A stretch of 63,907 nt of DNA, counting the filler, from an uncultured bacterium (GTDB taxonomy: Bacteria; CAYJRR01), in NCBI GenBank assembly GCA_964372275.1. It is 3 parts of 3 records of this genome, joined end to end, with 100 filler letters (N's around TTAATTAATTAA, not from the genome) between each part and the next. Parts side by side here need not be neighbours in the genome. Positions count along the whole stretch, not along the records: positions 45,463 to 63,907 come from CAYJRR010000090.1; 2 more parts are not named here. One strand, written 5' to 3'. The stretch's first letter is position 1; each line of letters opens with the position of its first letter. Below, piece after piece: positions 63,042 through 63,907 of this stretch. Made by a program: the position numbers and the translations under genes. The notes under the pieces are model-generated. The model had not been told where the DNA came from, did no database searches, and saw only the letters and a program-made list of their open reading frames with translations.

Positions 63042-63907
63042 GCGGCAAGGTGCTGGTCGTCGACGACGAGAAGAACATCCTCACCACGCTGACCCGCGCG
63101 CTCCAGCTCGAGGGGTACGAGGTCGCCGTCGCGGGGGGCGGGAAGATCGGCCTGGAAAAAGCGGCCTCCTGGCGGCCGCAGCTGGTGCTCCTGGACGTGC
63201 AGATGCCGGACGTCGACGGGCTGGAGCTGCTCCCGCGGTTGGCCGCGCTCGATCCCGCCCCGGCGGTAATCATGATGAGCGGGCACGGCACGATCGAGAC
63301 GGCGGTGAAGGCGACGCGCGGCGGCGCGCACGACTTCGTGGAGAAGCCGATCTCGATGGAGCGCCTGCTCGTCGCGCTGAAGAACGCGATGGCGCTCTCG
63401 CTCCTCACGGCGGAGAACCGGCGTCTGCGCGAGGACTCGGCGGCGGCGCGGAGGCTCGTCGGCGACGGTCCGGCGATGAAGACGCTCCGCGAGCGGATCC
63501 AGCTCGCCGGCCCGTCGAACGGGCGGGTGCTGATCACCGGCGAGAGCGGCACGGGGAAGGAGCTGATCGCCGGCGCGATCCACGCCGCGAGCCCGCGGGC
63601 CGGAAAGCCCTTCGTGAAGATGAACTGCGCCGCCGTCCCCTCCGAGCTGGTCGAAAGCGAGCTGTTCGGACACGAAAAGGGAAGCTTCACCGGCGCGGTG
63701 AAGTCGCGCGCCGGGCGGTTCGAGCAGGCCGACGGCGGGACGCTGTTCGTCGACGAGGTCGGCGACATGCCGCTCGCGATGCAGGCGAAGCTGCTGCGCG
63801 TCCTGCAGGAGGGGGAGCTGGAGCGGATCGGCGGCGACGCGGTGGTGAAGGTCGACGTGCGGGTGATCGCCGCCACCAACAAGGACCTCACCGGCGAGAT
63901 CGAGAAC
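63038..63907 (+). CDS. Sigma54-dependent response regulator (NtrX-like), 3'-partial
   Basis: [41 protein letters not shown]; runs off window. Confidence 0.95.
   Translation, partial: MSGKVLVVDDEKNILTTLTRALQLEGYEVAVAGGGKIGLEKAASWRPQLVLLDVQMPDVDGLELLPRLAALDPAPAVIMMSGHGTIETAVKATRGGAHDFVEKPISMERLLVALKNAMALSLLTAENRRLREDSAAARRLVGDGPAMKTLRERIQLAGPSNGRVLITGESGTGKELIAGAIHAASPRAGKPFVKMNCAAVPSELVESELFGHEKGSFTGAVKSRAGRFEQADGGTLFVDEVGDMPLAMQAKLLRVLQEGELERIGGDAVVKVDVRVIAATNKDLTGEIEN

Overview
High-GC (roughly 70% by eye) bacterial DNA, most consistent with a Myxococcota/deltaproteobacterial MAG (Ser/Thr kinase, FHA proteins, three sigma54 activators, PilZ, DUF4388-DnaJ). The window is three contigs joined by two artificial 100-bp N/TTAATTAATTAA linkers (22690-22789, 45363-45462), so adjacency across them is meaningless. 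Contig 1: PEGA protein, Ser/Thr kinase, split fumarase-sucCD-ndk, rfaE2, tRNA-Lys followed by a lower-GC islet (tail-fibre-like protein and the first of two tandem YejM/PbgA-like genes), a stress cluster, tRNA-Leu-tig-clpP-clpX'. Contig 2: gcvP/H/T, folD with an in-frame TGA, adenylate cyclase, a two-component pair, alkA, an unexplained minus-strand cluster (pilin, PilZ-TPR, thermonuclease lipoprotein, BNR propeller and a small protein sharing a half-TolC-like domain, FN3/lamin-tail lipoprotein), then maf-yggS-proC-yggT-divIVA and a GGDEF gene. Contig 3: a cysteine synthase/Mec/CysO cluster including a Lys-to-Arg pseudoenzyme, FHA protein, M4 peptidase, a nested mobile hotspot (IS5 remnant, long-inverted-repeat MITE, IR-flanked 2-kb module with a nonsense-disrupted RelA/SpoT-domain gene and a four-helix-bundle gene), trxA, gmhA and regulators. 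Best candidates for undescribed biology are the 33.5-39.1 kb surface nuclease/half-TolC cluster and the 56.1-58.9 kb nested elements. All family calls come from motif recognition by eye; no searches were run.
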